Positions 12,108 to 24,550 of a DNA stretch of 64,000 nt are shown piece after piece; the stretch's first letter is position 1; the number at the start of each line of letters is the position of its first letter. The position numbers and the translations under genes were made by a program. The notes under the pieces were generated by a model. The model searched no databases. It was not told where the DNA came from and saw nothing but the letters and a program-made list of their open reading frames with translations. Source of the DNA: Sarea resinae (lineage: Eukaryota); assembly GCA_026026165.1 (NCBI GenBank), contig JAPEUD010000018.1, positions 124,001-188,000 of the forward strand, given 5' to 3'.

Positions 12108-15100
12108 TCACTTCTTCTTCTTCCCACCGCCGAGGCCGAGAGAATCTCCGATGGCCCCAAGTCCGAGACCACCAAGCAGCTTGTCGATACCCAAACCACC
12201 GAGCAGGCCGTTGACGAGACCACCTAGGCCAAGACCATTGAGGAGCTTGCCAACGAGTCCGAGAACACCGCTCAGCAACAGACCCACGGCAGCGATGATC
12301 TGGAAAAGCGGCTCAGTGAGTAGACCCCATAGCGGGTTGAGCCCCTTCTTGGCATGGGGCATGTCGTTGAGCTTCTTGCGAGCATCATCAATCGTCTTTG
12401 TGACGGTCGTGGTGAGCTAGAGAGGAAGTCGTCAGCAACGAATAACAAGATGGAAGTTGAAAGTAGGCTCACCTCTTTGAGCAAATCAGCCAGGCGATAC
12501 TCCTCAGGAGTAGCCTCTCGTTGGGCAGCCTTGGCTTTCGCGTTGGCAGCGATTCGGCCGTCGGGGTCCAGTCCTCGAAGAGCGCCGTTGCACTCTTGCA
12601 AGATGCGGCCTCCTTCCTCAATGAGGGGCTTCACCGCTTGCACAAGCTCTTCCTCATCGAGCTCATCCTTGGGAGTACGGTCTGCCTTCTCCATGTGCTG
12701 GATGGGGCGTTAGCTTTGATAGGCAAGGTCTCAGGATATTGGCTTACCTCGGTAATCATCTTACAGACGGGCTGGATATTCTCCAGCGTCTGTTGTAGAA
12801 TGTTCGACATCTTGTTGGCCAACTCTTTGTCTTCTTCGAGCTTCTTCTGCTCAGCCAGCTCCTCCTCCGTCGGGCCCTCGTCTTGAAGATTTTCAATCAA
12901 TGTGCATTCTCCGACCTTGTTGCCGTCGTTATCGACGACATACCCATTGTCATCGATCTCTTTGCCAATCAAGGACTGCAGGTTGCCCGCAGTGAGTTTG
13001 CCAATGACGTTGCCATCCTCATCACGCACCTCGCCTTCCCTGTTGACTTTTCGTCCGGCCATCGGATTGATGTCTCTCTTCTTCTCCTCAGGTTCCCACC
13101 GTTCTGCGTGGCCAAGAACATTGCCGTTCTTGTCAAGAACGTCACCATCCTCATCCACGGAACGCCCAACGAGCATTTTCTCATCGCCATTCGTGAGCTT
13201 GCCGACGATTTGCCCGCTAGGATCTTGAACGACGCCGCCCTTGGCAACAACGAGATTCTCCCATCCAGCGAACGGCCCTTCCGACTTCTCGTCGCGCTCG
13301 TCTCCAGGAATGAGTATGGCCTTTCCGATGACCTTGCCAGCATCGTTCCAGATCTGACCCTCTCCATCGACTTTCTTTCCGGCCATTGCCTTCGGATCGC
13401 CTTGAGAGATTCGGCCAATAACGGTACCGTTGCTGTCCACGACATTGCCGACCTTGTTTACGACGCAACCCGCGAGTGATGAAAGGTCCTCTGGCTCTTC
13501 TTCCGGTGCCTCCCAAGGAATTGCATGGCCCTTCACATTACCATACTTGTCGGTAATATCGCCATCCTCATCAACTGAGTGTCCGACAAGTCGCTTGGCA
13601 ACGCCCTCGACGACTTCACCGACAACATTGCCGCTTTCATCTTCGACTTTGCCCTCCTTCGTGACCACGAGGCCTTCCAGGCCGGCGAAAGGTCCTTCAG
13701 GCTTGGCTTCGCGTTGGTCCTCCGGAATGAGCTCGCAACGTCCAATGACTTTGCCCTGGTCATTCCAGAGTTGGCCCTCTCCGTCGCACTTCTTGCCAGC
13801 AAGTTGCTTAGCATCACCCTCAACGAGACGACCAATTGGGACGCCTTCATCACCGATGACGTTGCCCTGTTTGTTGACGACTTTTCCAGCCAGGACAGAC
13901 AGATCCGCGGGGACTTCCTCAGGTTCTTCGATAGGCTCGGCGTGACCGGCGACATTGCCATATTTATCCATAATGTCACCGTCCTCGTCAACAGCCCGTC
14001 CGACCAATTTCTTGGGGTTGCCTTCGACAATCTCGCCAACGACGTTGCTGTTTTCATCCTCCACTTTACCCTCTTTGTTGACGATGAGCCCTTCCAGGCC
14101 TGCGAAGGGGCCTTCTGGCTTACCCTCACGCTCCGCCAAGGGGATCACCTCGCATTTGCCAACGACTTTGCCATGACCATCCCAGATCTGGCCTTGGTCG
14201 TCACATGTCTTACCAGCGAGTTTCTTTGCATCGCCCTGGATCAACCGACCAATTGGAACGCCCTCGTCTCCGATGACATTTCCCATTTTGTTGACGGCCT
14301 TGCCCTCGAGGATGGAAATATCCAGTTCTTCCTCCTCGGGCTCCTCCCATCGTTCGGCATGGCCAGTGACATTACCGTTCTTGTCGATGACATCTCCGTC
14401 TTCGTCAACACGACGACCAATCAATTTCTTTGGATCGCCTTCCACGATCTGGCCAACAACGTTGCCATTCTCGTCTTCGACCTTACCGCCCTTGACGACA
14501 ATCAGACCTTCAAGATGGGCGAAAGGAGCTTCTTCTTCCTTCTCTTCCACGGCGATGGTCTCCGCCTTGCCGAGGACGTGGCCCTTGCTATCCCAAAATT
14601 GACCCTGGTCATCACAGGTGAGACCTAACTTGGAGAGCTTCTTCGGGTCACCTTCAATCAACTGGCCAACAGGGACGCCTTCATCATTGACGATCTTGCC
14701 AGCCTTGTTGCAGGTAAGACCCTCTAAGACAGAGAGTGGGGGCAGTTCAGGACCGGCACCTTCTGCAATGGTTTCGACCTTGCCTATGACGTTTCCTTCA
14801 TCATCCAAGATCTCTCCCTTCTCGTTGATTTCCTTTCCAGTGACGTCAGAAAGCTCGCCTTCGGTAAGCTTCCCAACGGGTTCGCCCTCGTCGTTGAGAA
14901 CCTCACCCTTCTTGTTGACCTTGAGGCCTTTCAGTGTAGAGATATCTGGAAGCTCTGGTGTTTCTGGCGCAGCATCTGCGAGTTGCTCCTTGAGAACAGC
15001 AAGAGCGTTGTCGGCTGCTTCGCCTGGGACAACCTCAACCTTGCCGATGACGTTACCCTTCTTATCCAAGATTTCACCGTTGTCATTGATGGTCTTGCCG

Positions 15101-17193
15101 GCCGTCTCCTTGGGTTCGCCTTCGGTCAGCTTGCCAATCTGCTCTCCTTCCTCGTCCAAGACATTTCCTTTCTTGTTGACTTTGAGCCCCTTAAGAATGG
15201 AGAGGATCGGCAATTCCGCGCCTTCTTTGAGCTTATTGGCTGCGTCGCCGGGGACGACCTCAGCCTTCCCGATGACCTCGCCATCTTCATCCAAGATCTC
15301 TCCCTTCTCGTTGATCAGTTTGCCGGCAAGCTCCTCCGGGTCGCCTTCAGCAACCTTGCCAAGCGGATTGCCATCAGCGTCCAGAATGTCTCCGGATTCT
15401 TTGACTTCTAGCCCTTGAAGGACTTCAAGTCCGGGCAGTTGGTCCTTGACGCCATCGGCCGCTTCGGTGAGTTTGTTTGCAGCGTCTCCGGGCACAACCT
15501 CCGCTTTCCCGATGACCTCACCTTCCTCGTCGAGGATATCACCCTTTTCGTTGACCGTTTTCCCGGCAAGCTGCTCAGGGTCGCCTTCGGCAATCTTACC
15601 GAGCGTGTTGCCATCTTGGTCAAGGATTTCTCCGGCTTCATTAACTTCCAAGCCGTTCAGCACGTCAAGGCCAGGCAATTCAGGCACTTTGTCTTTCAAA
15701 TCGCCGGCCAAGCTGGAATTAAGCGCTTCGGGGATGACCTTTGCTGAGCCGAGCACATTGCCTTCGTCATCGACAATCTCGCCCTTTTCGTTGACAGTCT
15801 TGCCTTCTAGCTCTTCATGATCACCGTCGGCGACTTGACCAACGAAGTTGCCTTCGTCATCGAGGATATCGCCCGTCTTCGTGACTGCCAAGCCTTTCAG
15901 GATTGAAACGTCTGGCAGTTCGGGAGCGGCATCTTCGGCGGTGTCTTTGACGCCGTTTGCAAGCTCCTCGGCCTTCTCGGGGAGCACTTCGACTCTACCG
16001 ACAAGATCGCCGTCTTCGTCAAGGATTTCGCCGTCATCGCCGACGGTCATGCCAGCAAGCTCTTCTGGATCGCCTTCAACAACCTTTCCGAGGGAGCTGC
16101 CGTCTTGGCCAAGGATCTCGCCGCCTTCGCCGACTTCAAGACCCTTGAGAATCGACAAGTCTGGAGTGGGTATTTCCTGACCTGTGGCATCTTCGGCTGA
16201 TTCCTTGACCCCGTTGACAGCATCGCCGGCTGCATCCTTGGTGCCTTCGGCAGCATCGCCTGCGGTATCTTTCGCGCCTTCGGCGGCATCGCCAGCATCG
16301 GGTATGTCACCATTGGTAGCCTCTTGGCCCTTGCCAGCTAGGCCTTTAGCAGCGTCAGCCTTGCCAGCGAGATCCTTTGCTCCACCGAGAATGCCTTGTC
16401 CGCTCTTTTTCACACCTTCGACGGTGTCTTCGGTCTCATCTCCTTCGTCGTCGCCTTCGTCATCTCCAGCATCGTCGGCTGTGTCTTCGATATCTTCCTG
16501 TGCTCCACCAGCAGTATCTTCGACGTCGGACGTCTCGGGTTCAGGAGCTTGCTCTTCGAGCTCCCCAGTATCGCCGACTCCTGAAGTAGAAACTGCAGAG
16601 CTTTCGTCGTTTGTTTCTTCGTTTCCTGTTTCGTTGCCGGCTTGAGAGATCTTGCCTTCCGGAGATTCTTCTTCGGTTTCATTATCTTCCATCTGGACTT
16701 TACTTCCGACGCCCTCAGCTGCCTCTTTAGGGTCTGCATCAGCTGGGTCTGCCTCCTTTGGTCTCGGTGGCAATTTTGGAGAATCTTCTGGCTTTTTGTC
16801 TTCGGCGGTCTTCTTCGCCTTGGAAGCGGCTGGCTTGGCTGCAGACTTAGCTGACTTGGGCGTTGGTTTTGCTGGGACATCTTTGGACGGAGTTCCCTTC
16901 GAGGGAGTTTTCGAAGGTTTCGAAGGGGTTGACGTCTTGGGTGCTTTTGGTGAAGGAGACGGCTTTTGCTCCTGGCCCAACTTTGATGTTGTGTTGGACG
17001 AAGGCTTCTTACCAGCTCTTGTCGGTGTAGAAGGGGCATCACCGGTCTTGCCGGCGGCGGGAGAAGGAGCCATACTTTTGGATTGTCTGGCAGTGTGTGG
17101 TGTTGAGGGAGAGTCGCGGCCTGCGATTGGAGATGATCTGTTGGGGGTGGGGGGGAAGGAGTAGTACGCGTATGAAGAAGAATTGCTTGTCAT
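12108..17193 (-). CDS. Large acidic repeat protein (DUF3659-type repeats; often labelled 'LEA domain protein') with a helical, Gly/Leu-rich C-terminus
   Basis: 1553-aa ORF 12631-17292 with ~15 repeats of type LSxLxGLxVNKxGxxxDxxGxxxGxxxEGD. Two short introns (~12696-12747, ~12418-12472) join it to ...EPLFQIIAAVGLLLSGVLGLV...GGGKKKK-stop at 12108. Start uncertain (ATG at 17073, 17193 or 17292). Confidence 0.85.
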
Positions 17194-19886
17194 GTAAGTT
17201 ACAAGCTTTCTGATGGAATTGGGAGAGGAAGAGAGAGTTGAAGGACCGGGCGAGTACTCTATTAATGAAGTCAGACGGGAACACAGGGGCATACACTACG
17301 TCACTGCATCACATCTCACGCTGCAGATAGGTTGTGCCTCACTGTGGCTGCAAAGCAGGTTTTGGCTCTCTGGGGCCTCTGGGGGTGGTACGCAGAGCTT
17401 CAAGGTAAGTGAGCAATGGAGTGAGCATTCGAGAGCTACTCACCACTGTGGGACCAAAGAGCGAAGGTATTGCGTCAGAAGCTCTCAAGCCGCAGGCCGG
17501 GTTGGGCAAGCTCCTGCACGATGCTACTAAGAGACTTGGATTAAAAGCTACTTGAAATAGGGTCTGTGGCTGGAACCTCTCGCCGCGATTGGGAGGGTGG
17601 TGGTGCCATCTTGGGATTGGTGGAGGATCGAAGGAATGCGACCAGCCATGATTAAGGTGCGAAAGTTGATGGAGACGGGAAACTCTACGAACGGAAGGGG
17701 CTCCGTTTCGCATGGATAATAGGACAATTGGACGAAATCCCATGGGTGGCGGGCTAGGCAAGGTCTCTAGAGGACAGATAGGTTGCAACAAAGGTAGGAA
17801 GAAGGTAAGCGGGGTATGCCAGCTTTCCCATCTGGCGTTGAAGATTTGGTATCCATTTGGTATACTTTCCCCCTTGCATTGGTTGGGCCAATACTCTGAC
17901 TCTACATCTGTCATTGGCGTGAGCAGCATAGGCAGCGGCGGGTGGGCCCCTTGAGCATGCCACAGGTGGCTTGTGTCATGACGCGAAGGACACTCGCAGG
18001 TCCAGCTTTCAGGTTGTCGTTTGTCAACAGACGTCATCGTCGTGCACACAGCTGGAAGACGGATTTGGGTACCTCGGAAGAGTATACATCGTACCTGGAA
18101 GCTTACGATCCTATGCCCGAATTTTCCCAGGAAAGGGAGCGAAATTATCGACTTTGGCGCTTGAGTTTCCCGAAGAAAATCTCGTCTTTCTCGACATAGT
18201 CGGCCTTTTGCTAATGCTGCCATCGCTGGAAGTTGCGCGACGTTGAAGAGGCGATGCGTTGATGATAAGGGAGAAGTACAGAGTCAGCGCGGTACAGACT
18301 GTATCAGAGAGCGTCTCTAGCCGGTAAACGACGGCAAGCCACACCCACCTCGCGACCAGCACTTTCCGCACGGACTTGGGCCGAGAATTAAACTGGTCAC
18401 AGGAGAGAGAGCAGAAAGGAGGCCTAGAGCAAGTCTCGCTCGGGGATCTCTAGCCACGTTCATCCATCGTCGATGATTTCTCTATGGCATCGTCGCTAGC
18501 ATCGGTCTAGCTGTCGTCATCATTGTTGTTCTCATCTGAGCCATCTTACCCTGACTTCTAGGGTACCTGCTTTTCGCAACCCTGTGCCCTACTCTACTCT
18601 ATTCTACTCTTCCCACATCGTGATCGAACATCGGCTCGAACGTGGGATGTGGACAGGACAGAAGATGGGGTGGGATCCACTCCTCACGGGAGAGTGACAT
18701 GCACATTACTGCATTCAACACGCTACCCAGCCGTAGTTGTCGCCACTGCGAAGTGCTGGCCTTGTATTGCTTGCCTAACATGCGATGATGCGACTCAGCA
18801 CTCTAAATACAGCAACGGCAGACGAATGCGAGATCATCAGGGCCGTCCTAGCTTGATGGCGCAGGGATTCGATATGCATGTATCCATGTGCGTGTGCGAA
18901 TGTGCATGCATTGCAATCAAGATGCATGAGGATCATGATCGCCTTTGCGATCAAACGAGGACACCACCGTTCGCCACAGCCACTACATGCGGAGTGCTGG
19001 GATTGAAACCGGATTGCGACGGCCCTGTAATTTGCGGGGTACGTACTTGGGTGTTCTGTGCGACGTGCTAACATACGCAGACTTGACGGGGTGCAGCATA
19101 TGAAGTCGAGTAGCATGAAGTCGGTGCGACTCTCTTTCCACAGCAAACGCAAATCCTTCTCATCCGTCTCTCTTGTACATAGAATAGGAATCCCCCTTTG
19201 AATCCTTCTTGTCACGAACCAAACTGCCATTATCCATTTCCTTCAAGCTGCTGCTGCTGCTGCTGCTGCTGCTCCTTGCAAAGCTCTCACTCCTCACTGA
19301 ATGATACTTCCATTGGCAAACACATCTGTAAATCGGCCACTCTAATCTGCAGATGAACCACAGGGAACAGGGGGCCGGGGCTCCTCCCTCTGTCGCACGA
19401 TCGCCAGAGCTAGGTACATTGGGTAGGTAGCAATGCAATCGTAGCGGCACTAGCCACACCCACCACCCACCACAACCACGGAGTATCCGTACTCTACGCT
19501 ATACCTTTGCTCCTCGAAGTACGAGATCTACTCCGGTACTCGACGACGGGAGACACTCAGTAGGTACTCTACCTTCGTAGACCTGGAGTACAAGAAAACG
19601 GGAGTACTCGGTACATGAAAACGGGAGCTTCCTCGGCACAAATGACGTCAGCCCATCCTCTTCATCCTCTTATTCTCCGGCTCTCAACCCACCATCCCCT
19701 CCTAGGTACCTAGGTCGCTACCTGCCTAATCTTGTGCATCCCATAGATCAATCCCATCCTTCCCATCCTTAGTACTCTTACTACTGAAGTACTCTCGAAG
19801 GTTATCATAACCCTGGCTGTCCAGCTTTATCCATCTCATAGTATCTATCTATGCTTCATCACCTTACAGTAGTACGGCGCAGGAGG

Positions 19887-20150
19887 TACGGTATGATACG
19901 GTATGGTATGATACGGTATGATACGGTACGGTACGAGGTCTTTTCTGTATCTCGTATTTGGTACCTCGTACATCCAGGTAAGGTAGCTTGCAGAGCACGT
20001 ACGACCACGTACGGATACGTACGGTAACTACCTTACTGTGTGGTTGGAAGTAGAAGTCAGAGTGTCTTTTGTTGTTTGTTTATTTTGTTTATTTTGTTTA
20101 AATGGATTTGTAGACGGTCTGTCGGAGGAGATGGTACGAAGAGATGGTAC

Positions 20151-20241
<91 letters not shown>

Positions 20242-20363
20242 TAGTAGGCGGGGGAGGTAGGTAGGTAGGTAGGGGGGGGAGGGAAGGGGAGGGGAGGGGA
20301 GGGGATATGTAGATGGATTTGTGGATTAGGAGGATGTGATAGAGCTGGATAGGTAGGTAAGGT

Positions 20364-20394
<31 letters not shown>

Positions 20395-20540
20395 CAAGGT
20401 AGGACACAAGTTCTGATAATTAAAAAAAAAAAGGACTGCAACACTTGTACGCTGCCGCCGTTGCAGAGAGAACAGATTGATAGGAGTTGTTTTTAGGGGG
20501 GTTAAAGGGAGGGGGGGGGGGGGGGGGGGGGGGGGGAGAG
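19887..20540. repeat. Compound microsatellite island: GGTAYGATAC-like repeats, (TAG)~29 at 20152-20240, G-runs, (GGCA)n, poly-A, poly-G
   Basis: Read directly; it produces the spurious poly-S and poly-Y ORFs in the track. Confidence 0.95.
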
Positions 20541-20947
20541 GATACTGGTGTAGACTGATGTTGACGTTGATGCTGATATTCATACTGGCGCAGGTGCAGG
20601 TGCTCATTCTGATGACGATGCTGATGCGGGTATTGATATTGATAGTGATATTGATATGGATGCTATACTGCTAGAACTAGTGACTGCATGCATGAAGAAA
20701 CTCAGAGAAGAGGTGCGTGATCTGCTCGCTCTTGCTCCAAGGAGGCGGAGACGGCGATGCCGTGTCTGCCCGCTACGCATCTAATTTGCTGCAAGGGCAC
20801 GCCCCGGACCCCTGGTTGGCTGGGCCGATCGTCGTGCTCGTGCGTTTCTATGGTGCTTCTTTGGGACGAGGGAGGAGGGACGTCGCTGTAGCTGTGGCGG
20901 CGGCTGTGGCCATGGCTCTGGACTCTGGCGGGAGACAGCTCCTCCGT

Positions 20948-23339
20948 CTATGCCGTGGTTGTCGACGTAGACGGCAATGCTGCGTCTGTGGCGAAGTCGT
21001 GGTGAGAATGCGAAGGCGGATCCGGATCTGTCGTCTGCTCTGGAACGGTCATCTGCGAAGCCGGCTCCCGCTCTGCCGGACTCGTCATCGTCGTCGATAG
21101 ATCCGTTGCCAGTGGTGGCGACCGAGAAGTTTGATCTCTCGAGGAGTCGTCGGACGCGGCTGCCGTCGTGGTAGATGCCGCAACACCATCCCTGCCGCCC
21201 TCGCTGCGCCCAGACCCAGACAGCGGACGCGAAGCACCACCGCGCAAGAACGACGAGCCGCCCGCCGACCTGCCCAAGCTCATCCTCCTCACACTGCCCA
21301 GCAGTCCGCCCTGGTCCTTGGCATTATCTCTCTCCTGGGCGACGACGTCGCGCTCGCGCCTCGCGCTCTCCGTGCCCTCGTTTTCTTCCTCTTCTTGCTG
21401 CCGGGCCCGGCCCGGGTGCAGCACCTTTTCTTTGGCCCGGTGCATCTTCTTGCGCGTCTTCACGTAGCCTTCTAGCCCCAGCAGCACGGCGTAGGATTTG
21501 CTGATCGAGACCCGCGACGTGTCGACTCCCGAGGCTTTGAGGTGGTGCGTGAAATTGCGGAATGAGGACGTTGGGGGCCGGTAGTGGCCGCTATATCAAT
21601 GGCGCTTTTGCGTTAGCTGCCGGCCTAGTCTATTGAAGCGTGGACATATGTTTGCGCAGGAAGATGGCTGGGCACAGATTTCGGAGGAAATGAAATATGA
21701 AAATGTATGATATATGGGTACGAGGGGAAGAGAAAAAAGGGGCAGCAATGAATTATTTACCTCAGGGGAGAAAGACTCCGCAACTGGCCATCCTTGATCT
21801 TGATCAATCCCGCTGCCGAGATACGGGCGCCATTCAGGAAGCTCGAGTGTTGAAAGGCACCGGATTGTTTGATGCCAACGTAGAGTCTATATGAGGGGTC
21901 TGCGACAAATATCCACGTGTTCTTCTTGACCGACTTCCGAAGCAGATGGTTCAGAATGGCGGCGGCCGAGACGTGGGAGATTTTCTTTGGACCCTTGGCT
22001 TTGTTTAGGGCCGGATTGGCGTAGTGCGTTTGGCCGGCTGATTCGGTGCTCGAAAGAGAGACGCTGCTGTGTGATGAGGATGACGAAGATGAGAATGAGG
22101 ACGATGACGTTGTGCGACTATGGTGACGATGTTGATGAAGAGCGTTCTCAGCCTGTTCCCGAAACGAAGGCGTAGTTGAATCCTCCACGGGCACAATGCC
22201 ATGTATACTATCCCGGAATCTCGTACTAGTATCGATTCTCTCCCCCGTCTTCGCCCAACACAGTCTCCCTTCCCCATCCACCTTGACTAAGTAATCCAAA
22301 CGTTCCTCTCGAGATAAGTACCGAACCTGCTCCCTATCCAATCTCTCTCGCGAGCAAATCTGTAGATCCACTTCTCGGCCTTCGCCGTAGTCGAGCCAGT
22401 AGAAGAAGTTCTCGCGCGTATCAGCCCGTTTCCATGCGTCGTGGTAGGCGCGCAGGTTGCTGCCGTAACGGTGCTTGTGGTCGACCATCTCGAGGAAGTA
22501 TTGTAGATCCATCATTTTGGCCGTTTGCTCGCGCTCCCGTCTGGCAGCGAGGCGGTGCTCGTGGTGCTTTTGCTTTTCCTCCGGCGTCAGGGAGGAGCCA
22601 TTTTCATCTTCAGATGAGCTAGAAGAGAGGGAATTGTGTGAGCCGGCACGACGAGCGATATGGCCTAGACGTTTCCAGTTCTGGCGGGCCATGTTGGGGT
22701 CGAGCTGATTGGGATTCGGGGGATTCTGACTGCCGTTGGATAGACTGAGACGGTTCTGTCGTGACATGGGTCTTGTGCTATTGCGGTATTGGGCTTCTTT
22801 GACGGCCTGGGATGTTATCATGTTAGCATAATTCTAGAATTAGAGCCCCTCGAAGAGAAAAGAATGGATTTGTGTTTACCTCTATCCATCTTGTTGAAGG
22901 ATCCAAAGATAATCCGTTTAATTGCCTACGTTCGCGATAACCCCTATAATTGCGCTTCAATCAAATAAAATTCATTAGCGAATTCAATCTTGATTTACCA
23001 GATGACCGCCTCACCTCGACAATATTGCCATGAAATTCTCACCTGAATCGTTGCAGCCGCCTTTCTCTCATCCTCATTTCTCTGCCCCTCATCCTGCCCC
23101 ACCTCCCCGTCAATAATGCGCCGAAGTTCCTCCTCCTTGCGGTCCTGCTTGGCCGCAATATCCTCCATGACTTCCTTCGCCGGGACCGCCAGTTTGTTTA
23201 GATATTCAATATGCGCCGTCTCGACGGATTGGAGACAGAGTTTCCGCTTACGACGCCGCCGGGTCGAAAATGGTCCCACGGCAGCCGTTGTGGCGGCGCA
23301 TGTCGGCAAATCGCCAATCATTGGTGGTGGGGTGGACAT
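20948..23339 (-). CDS. IQ calmodulin-binding motif protein (fungal/plant IQM family), 4 exons
   Basis: IQ motif split by an intron: AAATIQ|RNYRGYRERRQLNG. Then MDLQYFLEMVDHKHRYGSNLRAYH, FFYWLDYGEG, WIFVAD...YVGIKQSGAFQHSSFL.G.RI.AAGLIKIKDGQLRSLSPL|SGHYRP. Start codon uncertain. Confidence 0.85.
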
Positions 23340-23923
23340 TCCCTGTTTACCTCACCTTGGCGATGACGTTGGGAGTGACGCTATTGCTGATGCTACCTAG
23401 GTGGGTTCACGACAGAGCGTTCATGATAGATTCATCTTGACAACGACTGTAAAAATATATCGATGTGTGGAGGAAAGATAGAGTATCGTGTTGATAAGTT
23501 TGGAGTTGGGTTTCTCCTCTAGCTTCTATTCCTGTGACCGAAAACACTTTCTTGTTTGAAGGATCCAGGGTCGCAAGGCGCAGTTAGGCGCAGTGATGAG
23601 TGAAAGAATTCAGGGTCGAAACTTGGTTGGCGCAGGGTGAAGCACATCTGACCATTTAGGGGACCACCTTAGGGGACCAGTGGGGCGTATGCATTCGTAT
23701 GCGTATTCGTACGTGCACGATTCCACAATGTGTCAACTGTCAGTCTCTATACACCCACGTGGGTTTCGGCCGTTGAAACAGAACATTCACTATCCATGCC
23801 GCCTTCCTGATGCACAGTAGTAAAGCTGGCCCAGTGTACCATACCCAATATGCCCAACCAGACTCCGGAAAATCCCATTCCAAGTAACATAAATGTTATG
23901 GCAAGTAATATGTCCATCTCAAA

Positions 23924-24509
23924 TCAGTTGAACCCTATGACTCCCTCCCCAACCCTCTCTCCTCCACAGAGCAAGCGGATCTTTCGTCCCACAATACCAC
24001 GGCCCCCAACTCCAAGGTCCAGTCGTTCCGGTAGATCGAACCCATAATCTGGATCAGAGTGGCCCTTCAAAGACACCAACTCGAAAGGAAATGAATGAAG
24101 AGGTTGACCTGCTGCCGAAGATAGCGGGTCTGTCAGATCCCCATTTCGACTTGAGTGTCAGAAATGTCAGCACTAATGTCAGACAATGATTACACGGCTA
24201 TCTCAGACCGCATGCGCAGGACCTCTGGGACTGGTGCCTGAGATCCGAGCATTTCAACGAAGCCAAGACTTACTCTATCTGCAGCGAGCACTGCCTCGAT
24301 CCATGAAGCGCATCGCGCGCGATATCATCTGATATCCGGACAGCTGCCCGCGTTGTCGAATCCGAATTGCCCTCATCGTTGTTAAAGACAAAGTTGCAGA
24401 TATTCCTCGATGGGATCTGATCACCAACACTATCAAGGGCGGGGGATGAGGAGAACATCACAGCAATCCGACCGCCGTCGCTCTTTCGCCCGGACTCGCC
24501 GTTGCACAT
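23924..24509 (-). CDS. Small (153 aa) Cu/Zn-SOD/CCS-fold-like protein lacking metal ligands, 2 exons
   Basis: Exon 1 is 24509-24274. Intron 24273-24150 has a GTAAGT donor, three CTGAC branch motifs and an AAG acceptor. Exon 2 is 24149-23924; the total is 462 nt in frame. Translation ends ...SLQIDRNGDLTDPLSSAAGQPLHSF...FDLPERLDLGVGGRGIVGRKIRLLCGGERVGEGVIGFN*. The fold assignment is by eye. Confidence 0.75.
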
Positions 24510-24550
24510 GCTTGCGGGAGATAGAGGTCAAAAATAATGCAAAGACGGTC

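Noticed and set aside
12883..17164. Many long plus-strand ORFs (up to 349 aa) over the repeat protein
   Set aside because: Antisense shadows of a codon-biased, repetitive coding strand; no recognisable motifs.
17339..18223. 294-aa minus-strand ORF upstream of the repeat protein
   Set aside because: No recognisable domain and composition typical of non-coding DNA; probably promoter or UTR.
20700..20950. About 80 open codons in frame after the IQ-gene TAG, suggesting readthrough
   Set aside because: Stop context TAG-ACG is not a known leaky context, the region is GC-rich, and the extension has no motif or PTS1.
23650..23686. Tandem TTAGGGGACCA resembling telomeric or STRE motifs
   Set aside because: Only two copies; too short to distinguish from chance or to call a telomere relic.
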